64,000 nucleotides of DNA from positions 32,001-96,000 of the forward strand of contig JANPLU010000030.1 in the NCBI GenBank assembly GCA_031422435.1, read 5' to 3'. The notes below the pieces were generated by a model. The model worked only from the letters and a program-made list of their open reading frames with translations. It did no database searches and was not told the origin of the DNA. The position numbers and the translations under genes are program-made. The stretch is from Acaryochloridaceae cyanobacterium VAR_48_metabat_390 (GTDB lineage: Bacteria; Cyanobacteriota; Cyanobacteriia; Thermosynechococcales; Thermosynechococcaceae). Below are positions 10,296-20,638 of this stretch, in pieces; positions within the stretch are counted from its first letter, which is position 1, and each line of letters starts with the position of its first letter.

Positions 10296-10392
10296 GACTC
10301 GGACCCATGCGGTAACAACGCCTCAACTTTGTCAGAACCGGAAGGTAGCAGCAATACGGGATGCTTGTAACAGGCGTGGACTCCGGGTCGCC
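10296..10392 (+). ncRNA. ffs: Signal recognition particle (4.5S) RNA
   Basis: Helix-8 motif TCAGAACCGGAAGGTAGCAGC; 5' and 3' ends can pair. Confidence 0.93.
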
Positions 10393-10451
10393 TTTTTAGA
10401 AAGGTCGCTTTGACACCGTAGACACAGCATTTAGAGGGGTTTGAGCGAGCA

Positions 10452-10727
10452 ATGGAAAATCTGACAGATACCCTTAAGAAAGCGTTTTACTTGGGTGTCG
10501 GTTTAGCATCTTATGCTGGCGAACAGGCAGGAGACATTCAGGGCAAGGCTCAGGCGTTGGCGGATGATTTAATTCGTCGTGGTGAAGATACAGCCGGAGA
10601 AGCCTCAAAGTTTTTTGACATTTGGATGCCTCAAGCGCCTAGCTCGACGGGGGCTGCGCCAGAGAGTGAGAAACCTCAAAAAATCGAAATTTTGTCTATT
10701 GAAGACGTTGAATCTGATGCTAACTAG
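10452..10727 (+). CDS. Phasin-like hypothetical protein
   Basis: LKKAFYLGVGLASYAGE..., PQKIEIL; typical cyanobacterial conserved small protein. Confidence 0.75.
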   Translation: MENLTDTLKKAFYLGVGLASYAGEQAGDIQGKAQALADDLIRRGEDTAGEASKFFDIWMPQAPSSTGAAPESEKPQKIEILSIEDVESDAN

Positions 10728-10798
10728 GCATTTAGGTTAGTGCAGCATTATTTTTATGGGTTTTGTAGCTTGCTCATGGCAGCGCTTAGGTGTTGAAA

Positions 10799-11167
10799 AT
10801 GAACGATTTTTACAAGGCAATTGACGAAACCGCCCTATGGATGGGCAATCTGATTTATCAGGGCTGTGAAACCCTGGTGAAGGAGATTGAGGATGTTTCT
10901 GTTGAGATTGAGGTCGCCTTAGATTTTTATCTAGAGCCAGTCATTGATTGGCTGGGTGAGGTTGAAGACATCATTAGTGATACAAGTCGCCCTTTCGTGC
11001 AGACCGTTACGCCTGCACTACAAGATCATCCCAATTGCGTTGGCTGTAATCACTATCATGGCGAAGCCTACGGCGGAAATGTGTTGGTTTGCGCAATGCA
11101 TCCCTATGGCGTTGAGGAGAAGAACTGCCCAGATTGGGAATCAGTTTGGCAGAATAATTCCCAATAA
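10799..11167 (+). CDS. Conserved hypothetical protein with C-terminal Cys/His motif
   Basis: CVGCNHYHG...LVCAMHPYG...CPDW. Confidence 0.8.
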   Translation: MNDFYKAIDETALWMGNLIYQGCETLVKEIEDVSVEIEVALDFYLEPVIDWLGEVEDIISDTSRPFVQTVTPALQDHPNCVGCNHYHGEAYGGNVLVCAMHPYGVEEKNCPDWESVWQNNSQ

Positions 11168-11190
11168 GAAATAGACTTTTTTTAACTTGG

Positions 11191-12219
11191 TTATGAGGGA
11201 AGCCCGATTAGGTTTTGATTGCCAGAGGTGACGCTCCCGATCGCAAAGGCACTAATCTGCTGACGGCTAAACCATGACACCACCTGTTCTGACTGGGCTT
11301 GCGGGACAATTACGACAAAGCCAATCCCCATGTTAAAGGTGTTAAACATGTCTATCGCGGCAACGTTGCCTGCTTCGGCTAACCACTGAAACACAGGTGA
11401 GGTAGGCCATGCTGTTGTATCTAGGGCGATCGCCTGATCTCCCCCTAAACATCGCGGCAGATTTTCGGGTAGGCCACCCCCTGTAATGTGAGCCATGCCG
11501 TGAATGTCTAAACCTGAAGCCCGTGCTGCCAACACTGCTTTGACATAGAGTTGCGTAGGGGTGAGAAACACTTCCCCTAAAGATTGTCCGTTAAAGAGGA
11601 GGGGGCGATCGCTCCAGCTAAAGCCACCATCCTTCACAATCTTGCGGACCAGACTAAAGCCATTGCTGTGGACACCGCTGCTGGCTAACCCGATCGCCAC
11701 GTCTCCTATTTGAATGCGAGAGCCATCTAGCAGATTGCGCTCCTCGACAATGCCGACGCAAAACCCAGCTAAATCATACTCATTGGGCTGGTAAAAACCA
11801 GGCATTTCTGCCGTTTCGCCGCCCAGTAGCGCGCAGCCCGACTGCTCACAGCCCTTGGCAATGCCTTCCACAACCTGAACGAGCTGCTGTGGCTCTAGCT
11901 TGCCCGTGGCAACATAGTCTAGAAAAAACAGCGGCTCTGCACCACAGGTCAACACGTCATTGACGCACATGGCGACTAGATCAATGCCAACCGTGCGGTG
12001 TTGATTGAGTTCGTGGGCTAACTTCAGCTTGGTGCCAACGCCATCGGTGCCTGAGACTAAGATAGGTTCGTCATAGCCCTTGGGTACACGAAAGAGTCCA
12101 CCAAACCCACCTAAGCCACCCAATACTTCTGGACGCGCCGTGCGCTCTACCATTCCCTTAATCTGACGGACAAAATCTCTCCCCGCCTCAACATCGACCC
12201 CAGCGTCACGATAATCCAT
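11191..12219 (-). CDS. purM: Phosphoribosylformylglycinamidine cyclo-ligase
   Basis: [41 protein letters not shown]. Confidence 0.98.
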   Translation of the reverse strand: MDYRDAGVDVEAGRDFVRQIKGMVERTARPEVLGGLGGFGGLFRVPKGYDEPILVSGTDGVGTKLKLAHELNQHRTVGIDLVAMCVNDVLTCGAEPLFFLDYVATGKLEPQQLVQVVEGIAKGCEQSGCALLGGETAEMPGFYQPNEYDLAGFCVGIVEERNLLDGSRIQIGDVAIGLASSGVHSNGFSLVRKIVKDGGFSWSDRPLLFNGQSLGEVFLTPTQLYVKAVLAARASGLDIHGMAHITGGGLPENLPRCLGGDQAIALDTTAWPTSPVFQWLAEAGNVAAIDMFNTFNMGIGFVVIVPQAQSEQVVSWFSRQQISAFAIGSVTSGNQNLIGLPS

Positions 12220-12394
12220 AGAAATGTGTGGTTAAACCTTTAGTGAGTAGAGTGACCATGCAGAAGAACTGGAGGCAGAATTTAATGCTTATACATAGTA
12301 GGCATTAGATCCTTAAGGTCAGAGAGTATTTTATCCCTAGACAGCCTCTCTGTTCGGCTTTTGTTCTGATACCTTGCCTTAAACAATCCCTTCA

Positions 12395-12449
12395 CGCTGC
12401 GTAAAAATACGCAAAATAGCCCTTTTTACTCCCGTATTTTTACGCAGCG
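12395..12449. repeat. 17-bp perfect inverted repeat in the purM/rlpA divergent region
   Basis: CGCTGCGTAAAAATACG (12395-12411) and CGTATTTTTACGCAGCG (12433-12449). Confidence 0.8.
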
Positions 12450-12846
12450 AGGAAAAGCACTTTAAATTGCGACGGTGGAAACACCGTTTAACTATGCACC
12501 TAAGACAGAAAAATGTTCAAAAAATCAAACGCTAATTAAACAAATCATAAGAAATACTCATGACTGAGACCGCTGTTAAGAATCATCTCAAAGTTAGTTT
12601 GTGAGGGGATTTGGCATAAGTTGACCTATTGCATTTGTAGAGGATCTTTCGCTGTGGGTACTCAGTTAAACTGGATCCCTTCAGAGAATACCCTGATCCC
12701 TGGGTCAGGCGGGTCATGATAGGGTAAGACTGTTTCGGTAGTAAAGAGCGAATTCGGAACGAGTACGAGTTAGAAAAGGGCGCTTTAGCGCCCTTGATAG
12801 ATGTCATAACTCGGTTCTCAATACTGCCCTCCTCAACGGACGACCT

Positions 12847-13896
12847 ATGAATCAAATTATCTTGACCGGCCTTGCCGCAGCTTTGACCGTGACGGTCGCT
12901 GGTGAAATAACGTCTAGTGATGCAAGCCCCGAGCCGCACAACGCCGCTAATCAGCCTTCTTCTAATTCAGCACAGACGGCTGCTTCTGGCAACACCGCAA
13001 TAAAGATTGCGCAGCAGATGCAGACTGCCAGCGCGACAAAAGTAGGCACACGTCAATCTACGGTCGAATCGTCGGAACCTGCTGTAGCTAGGGTTATGGT
13101 GCATCAAAAAAATGGGCGACAGGCGACCACGGTGTACGTCCGCAATATTCCCGTTGTTACTTTTTTAGGCGTGGAGCAAAGCGCTGCAAACCCAGAAGGG
13201 GTGAAGATTGCGACGGCTGAATTAGACCCATCTAAGCTTGCGGCGATCGCAAACGCTTCTTCAAAAGCTGTCGCTGACCCGATTTGGCGTGCAACCACCA
13301 TTGCCGGAAGGCTCAACCAGTTGGCAGCATCGGGGACTGATGCCAAAGCAGTTGCAAATTCTATTAAAGTCGTTTGGAGCGAGAAACGCCAAAGCTATTT
13401 AGTACAGGCCAGTAACCAACACCTGATTGAGGTGACGGCTCACAATACGCAGTTGCCCAGCGCTAGCAAAGATGCCGCAAAAGATGCGCTGAAAGTTGCC
13501 AATCGACTGCGCTATCAGTTGGGCAATGCAGCTCCGCTTAAAGCCGTCGAGGGAATGCCTAAGCCAAAGAAGAATGTGCAGACCTTAGCGATGGGACCAA
13601 TTCGGTTTCAAGTTCAGGGCATGGCTTCTTGGTATGGCCCTGGATTTGACGGCAACTACACCGCAAATGGCGAAGTTTTTAACCAGTACGCTCTTACTGC
13701 CGCCCACCGCTACCTGCCGTTTGGGACAAAGGTGCGCGTGACCAATCTCGACAACGGTCGCTCTGTGGTAGTGCGCATTAATGACCGTGGTCCCTTTGTG
13801 GGCGATCGCGTTTTAGACCTCTCTCGCGGTGCAGCTCAAATTCTGGGTACGGTTAGCTCAGGCGTTTCTTCAGTACGTCTAGATATTTTAGAGTAG
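12847..13896 (+). CDS. rlpA: Septal ring lytic transglycosylase RlpA family protein
   Basis: Signal peptide; C-terminal DPBB domain ASWYG...TAAHR.LPFGT...RINDRGPF. Confidence 0.92.
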   Translation: MNQIILTGLAAALTVTVAGEITSSDASPEPHNAANQPSSNSAQTAASGNTAIKIAQQMQTASATKVGTRQSTVESSEPAVARVMVHQKNGRQATTVYVRNIPVVTFLGVEQSAANPEGVKIATAELDPSKLAAIANASSKAVADPIWRATTIAGRLNQLAASGTDAKAVANSIKVVWSEKRQSYLVQASNQHLIEVTAHNTQLPSASKDAAKDALKVANRLRYQLGNAAPLKAVEGMPKPKKNVQTLAMGPIRFQVQGMASWYGPGFDGNYTANGEVFNQYALTAAHRYLPFGTKVRVTNLDNGRSVVVRINDRGPFVGDRVLDLSRGAAQILGTVSSGVSSVRLDILE

Positions 13897-13905
13897 CCAC
13901 AGCTG

Positions 13906-16122
13906 CTAGAGCAGTTCGTGAGTTTCTAGTGGGAGAGCGAGATCAATCCAGGGCATTAATGGCCCGAGTTGAGGCTGTCCAGTCACTGCAAGCTCACTGT
14001 GACAAAGGTACACTCGCTCTTGCACTCTCCCCAAGAGATTGAGCAGGGTACTTTTAAGGCGCGGATTGTATGGCTGGGCGATTTCTTCGGGCTTGGGTAA
14101 GCTTTCTTCGGGCTTGGGTAAGCTTTCTTCAGCAGGTTCGGTAGTGGAAGCAGCGGCAGCATTTAGAAATAACGCTGCACCCCATAGTTCAAAATCGCCA
14201 CTGTACTGCCAAAGCTGAGAGCCTGAGTCTAGCCAAAACTGCCACCGATGGGTGAGGTGAGCGTTGAGATACTGAAACGTCGTTGCCAAAATGACAGAAG
14301 AACGAGACTGCTGGGCAATGGTTGTGGGGTAAGGATTTGCCGTCACAACACCTCGATGTAAAAGCTGGATAAAATCGCCGACGGTTTCTGGCAAGGTGAG
14401 CCAAGGCTTTTCAATTTTGCGTAGGCGAGTATCAACGTCCCAGTAATGCTGCGCGGTTTCAATGAGTTCCCGCAATACCGCAAGCTGGTCAACACTTAAG
14501 GGGCGTGCCATCAGAAAGGTCTGAATAGCACGATCTAAAACAAAAATAGGACTAAGGGTTAGGTAGGCCGCAGAGTAGTCTGGCGCGGTTGTGTCGGACT
14601 GAGTGCTTTGGGCGGCGCCCTGCTGTTGAGCAATCCACTGCCGCAGCGTTTCATAAGCTTTGGCAGCACTGTAGCCAATCCGATCCCATCGGGCATATAC
14701 CTCAATGGGCAATAGTTCTGGATGGTCTGGATGAGGGCGAAAGCAGAAATCTGCCAATAGTCCTGCCCGAATCGGGTCAATGGTATTGCGGCCTTCAAGC
14801 GGTTTTGAAGCGGGGCAAAGTGGGGTTAAAGCCACCAGCATTTCGGCAATTTGCTCGGTATCGAGCAGATGCCCCAGACCTGGATAGACCAGCGCGAGAA
14901 GGGTGAGGAGCGATCGCACCATTGCCGTACTTTGAATGGGCCGCTGGTCGCGTAAAGACTCGACTGTAATTCCGGCGTTTTGAAGGGTTTCGATAATGCC
15001 GTAGCGCGCCAGGGGGTCTAAGCCTGGGCCAATAATGGCAACTTCTTGGGGCAAAATCTCTCCGGCCTGAATGGAATTTGCTACCTGCTGTGCCACCGTT
15101 TGTAGTAGCTCAATGCGAGAGGTGGTTTTGAGCACATAAAACTGAGGCTGTTGTTGGCGGCTGGCCTGCTGGAGCGCCAAAGGCATCTCTGAAATTGAGA
15201 CTTGGGCGGCTTCGGCTAAACCTGCTGCTGCGGGTAAAACAATTTCTGTACAGCGCTGCTTTAGACCCAGCAAATAGACAGAATCTGCCCCTAGCCCATC
15301 ACGAATTCCGCCCAGTTCGCTGTAGGTAAAGAGGCTGGGTACCCCTAAATCCATCGCGGTTTCAAAGAAGGATCGGGTGATCGCCGGATAGTTTTCGACA
15401 TCATCAGCGGCGATCGCGCCAAAGCGCTGAGGCAACTGACTGCGATAGGTGGGATGGGGCAATATGTACTGCCAAAATAAATCTGTAATTAGCCCATAGG
15501 TCAAGATCCCGCGCTTTAGGCACCAATCCTGCCACTGTAAGGCCATCTGTTGAACTAAATCTGCGAGAGGAGGTGGGAGGGTTACGGTAGTAGGGCCTGT
15601 TTTGAGGCGTGCTGCGATTTCTGTAAAGGGCGTACCGCTAAAGGCCGCAAGCTGAATTAAATCCAAAATTCGACGTATCCAGCGATCAGGCGGAACCCCT
15701 TCATGGTTGCGAAGTTGTGCAATGGAACCTGTCCCCCAAAGCCGAAACGCCAAAGCCTGCTCAGTTTCAGGTCGCAGGCGATACGGGAAATAGCCGCGCA
15801 AACCCAACTGCCCAATCACCAGTGGCCAAAAAAGCTGCACCTCTGACTCGAAGAAAGCCAGGGGAGTAGTAGACGTAATATTGCTGCGACCCTTGATTTG
15901 TCCAGCAATGCGCCGCATCAACACGCTTCGATTATCTGCATTGGCTGCAAAAACCAAATGCTCTTGGCCTAAGGGTGTTTGACGTTGTGCAACGGGTACA
16001 AACTTCCCTTGAGCATCTAAGCCTTGCGGGGCTGCAAACAGCTCGCGGCTCCACAGCTCAAGTTGAGCAATTAGCGACGCCGTTTTACCAGACTGGACAG
16101 AACCCGTCACCCAGAAAAACAT
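13906..16122 (-). CDS. Large conserved cyanobacterial protein with N-terminal P-loop, UvrD/AddB-like architecture
   Basis: GSVQSGKT Walker A-like motif, AADDVENY in a Walker B-like position, EVAIIGPGLD; start set at ATG 16122. Confidence 0.75.
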   Translation of the reverse strand: MFFWVTGSVQSGKTASLIAQLELWSRELFAAPQGLDAQGKFVPVAQRQTPLGQEHLVFAANADNRSVLMRRIAGQIKGRSNITSTTPLAFFESEVQLFWPLVIGQLGLRGYFPYRLRPETEQALAFRLWGTGSIAQLRNHEGVPPDRWIRRILDLIQLAAFSGTPFTEIAARLKTGPTTVTLPPPLADLVQQMALQWQDWCLKRGILTYGLITDLFWQYILPHPTYRSQLPQRFGAIAADDVENYPAITRSFFETAMDLGVPSLFTYSELGGIRDGLGADSVYLLGLKQRCTEIVLPAAAGLAEAAQVSISEMPLALQQASRQQQPQFYVLKTTSRIELLQTVAQQVANSIQAGEILPQEVAIIGPGLDPLARYGIIETLQNAGITVESLRDQRPIQSTAMVRSLLTLLALVYPGLGHLLDTEQIAEMLVALTPLCPASKPLEGRNTIDPIRAGLLADFCFRPHPDHPELLPIEVYARWDRIGYSAAKAYETLRQWIAQQQGAAQSTQSDTTAPDYSAAYLTLSPIFVLDRAIQTFLMARPLSVDQLAVLRELIETAQHYWDVDTRLRKIEKPWLTLPETVGDFIQLLHRGVVTANPYPTTIAQQSRSSVILATTFQYLNAHLTHRWQFWLDSGSQLWQYSGDFELWGAALFLNAAAASTTEPAEESLPKPEESLPKPEEIAQPYNPRLKSTLLNLLGRVQERVYLCHSELAVTGQPQLGPLMPWIDLALPLETHELL
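14082..14130. repeat. In-frame 21-bp tandem repeat (2.3 copies; EESLPKP)
   Basis: TTTCTTCGGGCTTGGGTAAGC x2 followed by TTTCTTC. Confidence 0.9.
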
Positions 16123-16179
16123 AAAAGATACATTCTGAACAAATTCAGATTTGATAGGATACGGCATACTCAATTTAAC

Positions 16180-17661
16180 GTGTCATTTCAATCTCTAATG
16201 AATCGTTCTGTGTGGGCTCGACTGAAACAATCTCTAACTGCCGCAGAACAGTGGTATCGCAAAACGCCTGAACGGGCGCTAAACGAAGCTTACGAGGCAG
16301 CTCAAGCTATTAAACGTCTAGAAGATCAATACTCTAGCGGAACCACCATTGACCTCTACGCTCAAGGAGAAGGTGCTATCTCGGCCTATCTCCAGACTCA
16401 AATTAGTCGGCATCTCAAAACCATCCGGATGCGTCTCACAGAATATCGGTTTTGTAGCCCAATCGTTGAAACCGAGCTGCCTGAAGAAAGCAGCAGTAGC
16501 GGCAATATTCCAAAAGGGCAAGACTATAGCCGTCAGCGCAAGGTTTCCGCAGCGGTAGACACCAATTCATTCACGACTGAGTACACTCTTTCCAACGATC
16601 AGTACGTTGCGGTGAGCGCCTCAAGCGTTGATCTGTCCCAAGAAATGTTAGGGAAACTCCAGTTTATTGATTCAGTTTTGGTTCGGTATGAGCCTTGGCG
16701 ACTTCCTCCTCAGTCCGCTATGCCATCCAGCAGTACAGACTTACTCAAGGCTGACCTTACTGCGAATGGTCAGCCCTCATCACCATCGCTACAGTCAGCC
16801 CAAGCATCTTTTTATCAATCTGGTAGTGCCGCTGTAAGTGGTCGTCAGGGGGGTAGCAAGGCTACGGGAGGCCGATTTATTCCGCGTTCAATTTTCAAAA
16901 CTGTTGACCGCTTCCGTAGAGAGATTGACCCCAATCCTCAGACAGAAGAAGAAATGGTTCAAGATTTTCGGACGGCACGCGCTCGAACCCGTTCAGCCAC
17001 TCGATTTTTGCTACTGCTCATTATTTTACCGCTGCTCACTCAGCAGATTTCTAAAGCAGTGTTGGTGGGTCCTATCGTAGACCATCTTAAAGGTGCGGTT
17101 CAGATTGAGGCTTGGGTTAACCCTAGGGTCGAAGAAAAGTTTGTCACAGAGATGGTGTCTTTTGAGGAAAAACTAAAGTTTCAGAACCTTTTTACTGCGA
17201 CAACGCGCTCTGCTGAAGAGATGGAGTTAGCCCTTAGAGAAAAGGCGACTAAGGTCAAGGAAGATTTACAGAAAGAACTAAAAGAGCCAGTTAAAAATAT
17301 CTTTGCAGATTTCATCTCACTTATCGTCTTCTCGGCACTTATCCTGACCGGACGGCAGGATATTGCAACGCTAAAAACCTGGATTGATGAGGTTATTTAC
17401 GGTCTTAGCGATAGCGCAAAAGCTTTCATTATCATTTTATTTACAGATGTCTTTGTGGGGTTCCACTCTCCCCACGGTTGGGAGGTCATTATGGAAAGCA
17501 CCTTTGAACATTTTGGGCTGCCGCCAAATCAAAGCGTGATTAGTATATTCATTGCAACTTTTCCTGTGATGCTAGATACGGTCTTTAAGTATTGGATCTT
17601 TAAGTATCTCAATCAGCTTTCACCCTCTGCGGTGGCAACCTACAAAAATATGAACGAGTAG
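16180..17661 (+). CDS. pcxA: Proton extrusion protein PcxA (CemA family)
   Basis: TPERAL.EAY N-terminus; LSDSAKAFIIILFTDVFVGFHSPHGWE; FPVMLDTVFKYWIF. Confidence 0.95.
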   Translation: MSFQSLMNRSVWARLKQSLTAAEQWYRKTPERALNEAYEAAQAIKRLEDQYSSGTTIDLYAQGEGAISAYLQTQISRHLKTIRMRLTEYRFCSPIVETELPEESSSSGNIPKGQDYSRQRKVSAAVDTNSFTTEYTLSNDQYVAVSASSVDLSQEMLGKLQFIDSVLVRYEPWRLPPQSAMPSSSTDLLKADLTANGQPSSPSLQSAQASFYQSGSAAVSGRQGGSKATGGRFIPRSIFKTVDRFRREIDPNPQTEEEMVQDFRTARARTRSATRFLLLLIILPLLTQQISKAVLVGPIVDHLKGAVQIEAWVNPRVEEKFVTEMVSFEEKLKFQNLFTATTRSAEEMELALREKATKVKEDLQKELKEPVKNIFADFISLIVFSALILTGRQDIATLKTWIDEVIYGLSDSAKAFIIILFTDVFVGFHSPHGWEVIMESTFEHFGLPPNQSVISIFIATFPVMLDTVFKYWIFKYLNQLSPSAVATYKNMNE

Positions 17662-17764
17662 GATAAGTACAGGCATAAATTCTCAAATAAAATATTTTGC
17701 ATCTGAGGAAACGAAGCTGATAGGATTGGACTCGACTAAGCCTCTATGTTTGAGCGATCGCTGG

Positions 17765-18502
17765 ATGTCCGTCTCCCCTAACCCGCTGCTGCATGTTGAA
17801 TCCGTTTTTGCTGGTTATGTACCAGGACTAGATATATTACAGGGCACTAATCTTTACGTCGCACCTGGTGAACTGATTGCCATTATTGGCCCTAATGGTG
17901 CTGGTAAATCAACGTTGGCAAAGTGTATCTGTGGGCTAGTGCCACCCCACACAGGACAGATTATTTTTCAAGGTCAAAACGTTTCGAAGCTAAAGCCCAA
18001 TGAAATTGTGGCACGAGGGATGTGTTATGTCCCTCAGATTGCCAATGTATTTCGATCTCTGACGGTGGAAGAAAACTTAGAAATGGGCGCTTTTGTGCGG
18101 ACGGTGCCCTTGGGGCCACTCAAGCAAAAAATTTATGATGCGTTTCCTAAACTAGCCCAGCGTCGCAAGCAGCAGGCCGGGACGCTCTCAGGTGGTGAGC
18201 GCCAAATGTTGGCAATGGGACGCGCCATGATGCTAGATCCCAAGCTGCTTATCTTAGATGAACCTTCCGCTGCACTATCCCCGATTTTAGTGGACGAGAT
18301 TTTCGCCAAAATTAAGGACATTAATCACAGCGGCGTTGCAGTTATTCTTGTTGAGCAAAATGCCCGTAAGGCGTTAGCTATTGCTGACCGAGGCTATGTG
18401 CTAGATTCGGGACGCGATCGCTACGAAGGCCCTGGCTCTCAACTTCTTAATGACCCCAAAGTTGGCGCACTCTACCTCGGTGGGCACATCCCTGAAGATT
18501 AA
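17765..18502 (+). CDS. Branched-chain/neutral amino acid ABC transporter ATP-binding subunit (LivF/NatE-like)
   Basis: GPNGAGKS, LSGGERQMLAMGRA, LDEPS, LVEQN. Confidence 0.92.
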   Translation: MSVSPNPLLHVESVFAGYVPGLDILQGTNLYVAPGELIAIIGPNGAGKSTLAKCICGLVPPHTGQIIFQGQNVSKLKPNEIVARGMCYVPQIANVFRSLTVEENLEMGAFVRTVPLGPLKQKIYDAFPKLAQRRKQQAGTLSGGERQMLAMGRAMMLDPKLLILDEPSAALSPILVDEIFAKIKDINHSGVAVILVEQNARKALAIADRGYVLDSGRDRYEGPGSQLLNDPKVGALYLGGHIPED

Positions 18503-18509
18503 GCCTCTA

Positions 18510-18735
18510 TGGGAGCCTACAAGGGCTAAGGCTGGCGATGGCGGCGGATGCGTCAAGCAGATGGTAGATGTTCTGGCAGCTAGGGCGACTGCTAGGGCGG
18601 ATGATTGGTATCGTCAACCTGGTGATGAACCAGTGCTGAATGAGGGTTTATTCAGCGAGTTTGTCCGGCAGTCGTTGTCCCTGGATTTGAGTGATTTTGT
18701 CGCGGTGCTTGAGCTTTACGTGTGCTCGTTTTCCG
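18510..18735 (+). pseudogene. Probable internal fragment of a hypothetical gene
   Basis: Protein-like stretch ARADDWYRQPGDEPVLNEGLFSEFVRQSLSLDLSDFV with no clean start, ending at the IS1 inverted repeat. Confidence 0.35.
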
Positions 18736-19012
18736 GGTCATGTTCTAAATCTGTAGAATTGAAATCAAATTGCACAACCAAACTTAAAGCAATTAATAAA
18801 CAGTCCCATCACAAGGTCATGCCTCACAACTGTTTTGGAGAAACAAATCGTTTTGCGAGCTAATCGCTTAATGCGAGTGCGGAAAGTCAAATGTTTACGC
18901 TCAATCTTTTGAGTATTGCGCTTATCTACCGTATGCTCAGCGGGGTTTAGCAGGCGTTCATAAGCTCCCCAAGCATCGGTATAAAGCTGAGTAATACTAA
19001 ATCTAATAAGCC
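18736..19012 (-). mobile_element. Truncated IS1-family element (InsB C-terminus and one terminal inverted repeat)
   Basis: YTDAWGAYERLL...TQKIERKHLTFRTRIKRLARKTICFSK; GGTCATGTTC end at 18736 fits the IS1 GGnnATG terminus. Confidence 0.85.
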
Positions 19013-19282
19013 TTGTGTGGCTCAAGCCCAGACCTTGAACAGCAAGTTGAAGGGTACAGACAGCTAAAGCGACAACTGACAAATTACTGCACAATCCCGA
19101 TCCTTGAGGTTGAGACAGAAGCGGCTCAAACGTTTCAATGTTTAAGAAAAGCGTATCCACGAGTTAGCACAATGGATTTAAAAATTGCATCGGCTGCATT
19201 GATGCATCAAGCCACGGTGTTGACTGGAAACAGTTCTGACTTTGGACAAATTGCGAGATTGTCTGTAGAGGATTGGGCATAA
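19013..19282 (+). pseudogene. vapC: 5'-truncated VapC/PIN toxin
   Basis: C-terminal PIN motifs TMDLKIAS.AL...VLTGNSSDF..I..L.VEDW; the N-terminal acidic motif is missing. Confidence 0.8.
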
Positions 19283-19288
19283 GTAAAA

Positions 19289-19891
19289 GTGACCTCTCTA
19301 AAACTTCTATCAGCTACAGTGACGGCCTTGATTTTGGCAGGGGGGCGCAGCAGTCGAATGGGTTCAGATAAAGCGCTAGCTACTTGGCAGGGCATCCCCT
19401 TACTTCAGCGCGTGTTTGTCGTGGCGCAAGCCTGCTGTAGCACCGTGTTTGTCCTCACACCTTGGCCAGAGCGGTATCAATCGTTGTTGCCGAGCAGCGT
19501 TAACTGGTTGTTAGAGCCGCCAGCCACCTTTGCAGGACCTCTGGCTGCATTAGCACTAGGGATGCAGACCATCCGAACCCCCTGGGTACTTTTACTGGCC
19601 TGCGATTTACCTCAGCTTGATGCGGCTGTGTTGGCGCGATGGATACAGACGTTGCCGGAAACGGATTCTGTCGCTCAAGTCCCTTACTATCAAGATCGTT
19701 GGGAGCCGCTATGCGGGTTTTATCGCGCTGATGCGCTTCCTGCCCTCCAAAACTTTTTAGCAGAGAATGGCGATCGCGCGTCCTTCCAGCAGTGGCTCCA
19801 AACCATTGATGCCGTTCCGTTAGCAGTGGATTCAGCGACTTCTTTGATGTTCTACAACTGCAATATGCCCAGCGACCTCACGGTAAACTAG
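19289..19891 (+). CDS. mobA: Molybdenum cofactor guanylyltransferase
   Basis: LILAGGRSSRMGSDKA, GPLAAL, LACDLP, EPLCGFY. Confidence 0.94.
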   Translation: MTSLKLLSATVTALILAGGRSSRMGSDKALATWQGIPLLQRVFVVAQACCSTVFVLTPWPERYQSLLPSSVNWLLEPPATFAGPLAALALGMQTIRTPWVLLLACDLPQLDAAVLARWIQTLPETDSVAQVPYYQDRWEPLCGFYRADALPALQNFLAENGDRASFQQWLQTIDAVPLAVDSATSLMFYNCNMPSDLTVN

Positions 19892-19917
19892 CAAAGATTC
19901 CATCACCTTGTCTCAGA

Positions 19918-20586
19918 ATGCGTAAGCGGCTCCGTCTTTCAAATAGTCAACTGCTCTGGATTTTACTGGCGATCGCCTGTCTCCTTCTAACCTGGTTCAG
20001 CATTCAGACGCTAGGCGGCTATAAACCAGCGCAGTTACAGGCACTCATTCAGAAAGCGGGTCTATGGGCACCCCTCGGCTACATTGCCCTCTATGCCGTG
20101 GGGACTTTGGCGCTATTACCTTCTACCCCGCTCAATATTTCTGGTGGCCTATTGTTTGGGCCTTGGTGGGGCATTTTGTGGACGAGCATGGGGGCTGTGG
20201 TGGCAGCGGCGATCGCTTTCTTCTTCAGCCGCACGGTCGGTCGCCCGACGATGGAAAAGCGGTTAGCAGGGCGATGGCAGACGATGGATGCAGAAATTCA
20301 TCGGGGTGGGTTGTTTTATATGTTTGCCATTCGGCTGATTCCCGTCATGCCCTATGGGATTGTGAATTTTGCAGCAGGTCTAACGTCCATTCGCTTTCGG
20401 GATTTTTTGATTGGCACTATTTTAGGCACGGTGCCGAGCGTTTTACCCTTTGTGCTGGTAGGGAGTTCTGGGGTCAAAGCCTTGTCAACAGGAAACTTAT
20501 GGCCTCTGCTAGGGGCGTTGGGGTTAACAGGCGCATTACTCTTGTTTTCTACTTGGTTTAAGGCACAGCGTCGCATTAAGGCTTAG
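19918..20586 (+). CDS. TVP38/TMEM64 (DedA/VTT) family membrane protein
   Basis: LPSTPLNISGGLLFG, RLIPVMPYGIVNF. Confidence 0.9.
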   Translation: MRKRLRLSNSQLLWILLAIACLLLTWFSIQTLGGYKPAQLQALIQKAGLWAPLGYIALYAVGTLALLPSTPLNISGGLLFGPWWGILWTSMGAVVAAAIAFFFSRTVGRPTMEKRLAGRWQTMDAEIHRGGLFYMFAIRLIPVMPYGIVNFAAGLTSIRFRDFLIGTILGTVPSVLPFVLVGSSGVKALSTGNLWPLLGALGLTGALLLFSTWFKAQRRIKA

Positions 20587-20638
20587 GCGATCGGCTAAAT
20601 TACAGTCAGTGCAATTTTTTAAGCAGCATTAGAAAACC

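Noticed and set aside
12721..12730. SigF-like GGGTAAG promoter element before rlpA
   Set aside because: Short motif expected by chance, with no TSS evidence
18765..19160. 131-aa ORF as an intact transposase
   Set aside because: Chimeric: the N-terminal part is antisense vapC and only the C-terminal ~80 aa are InsB
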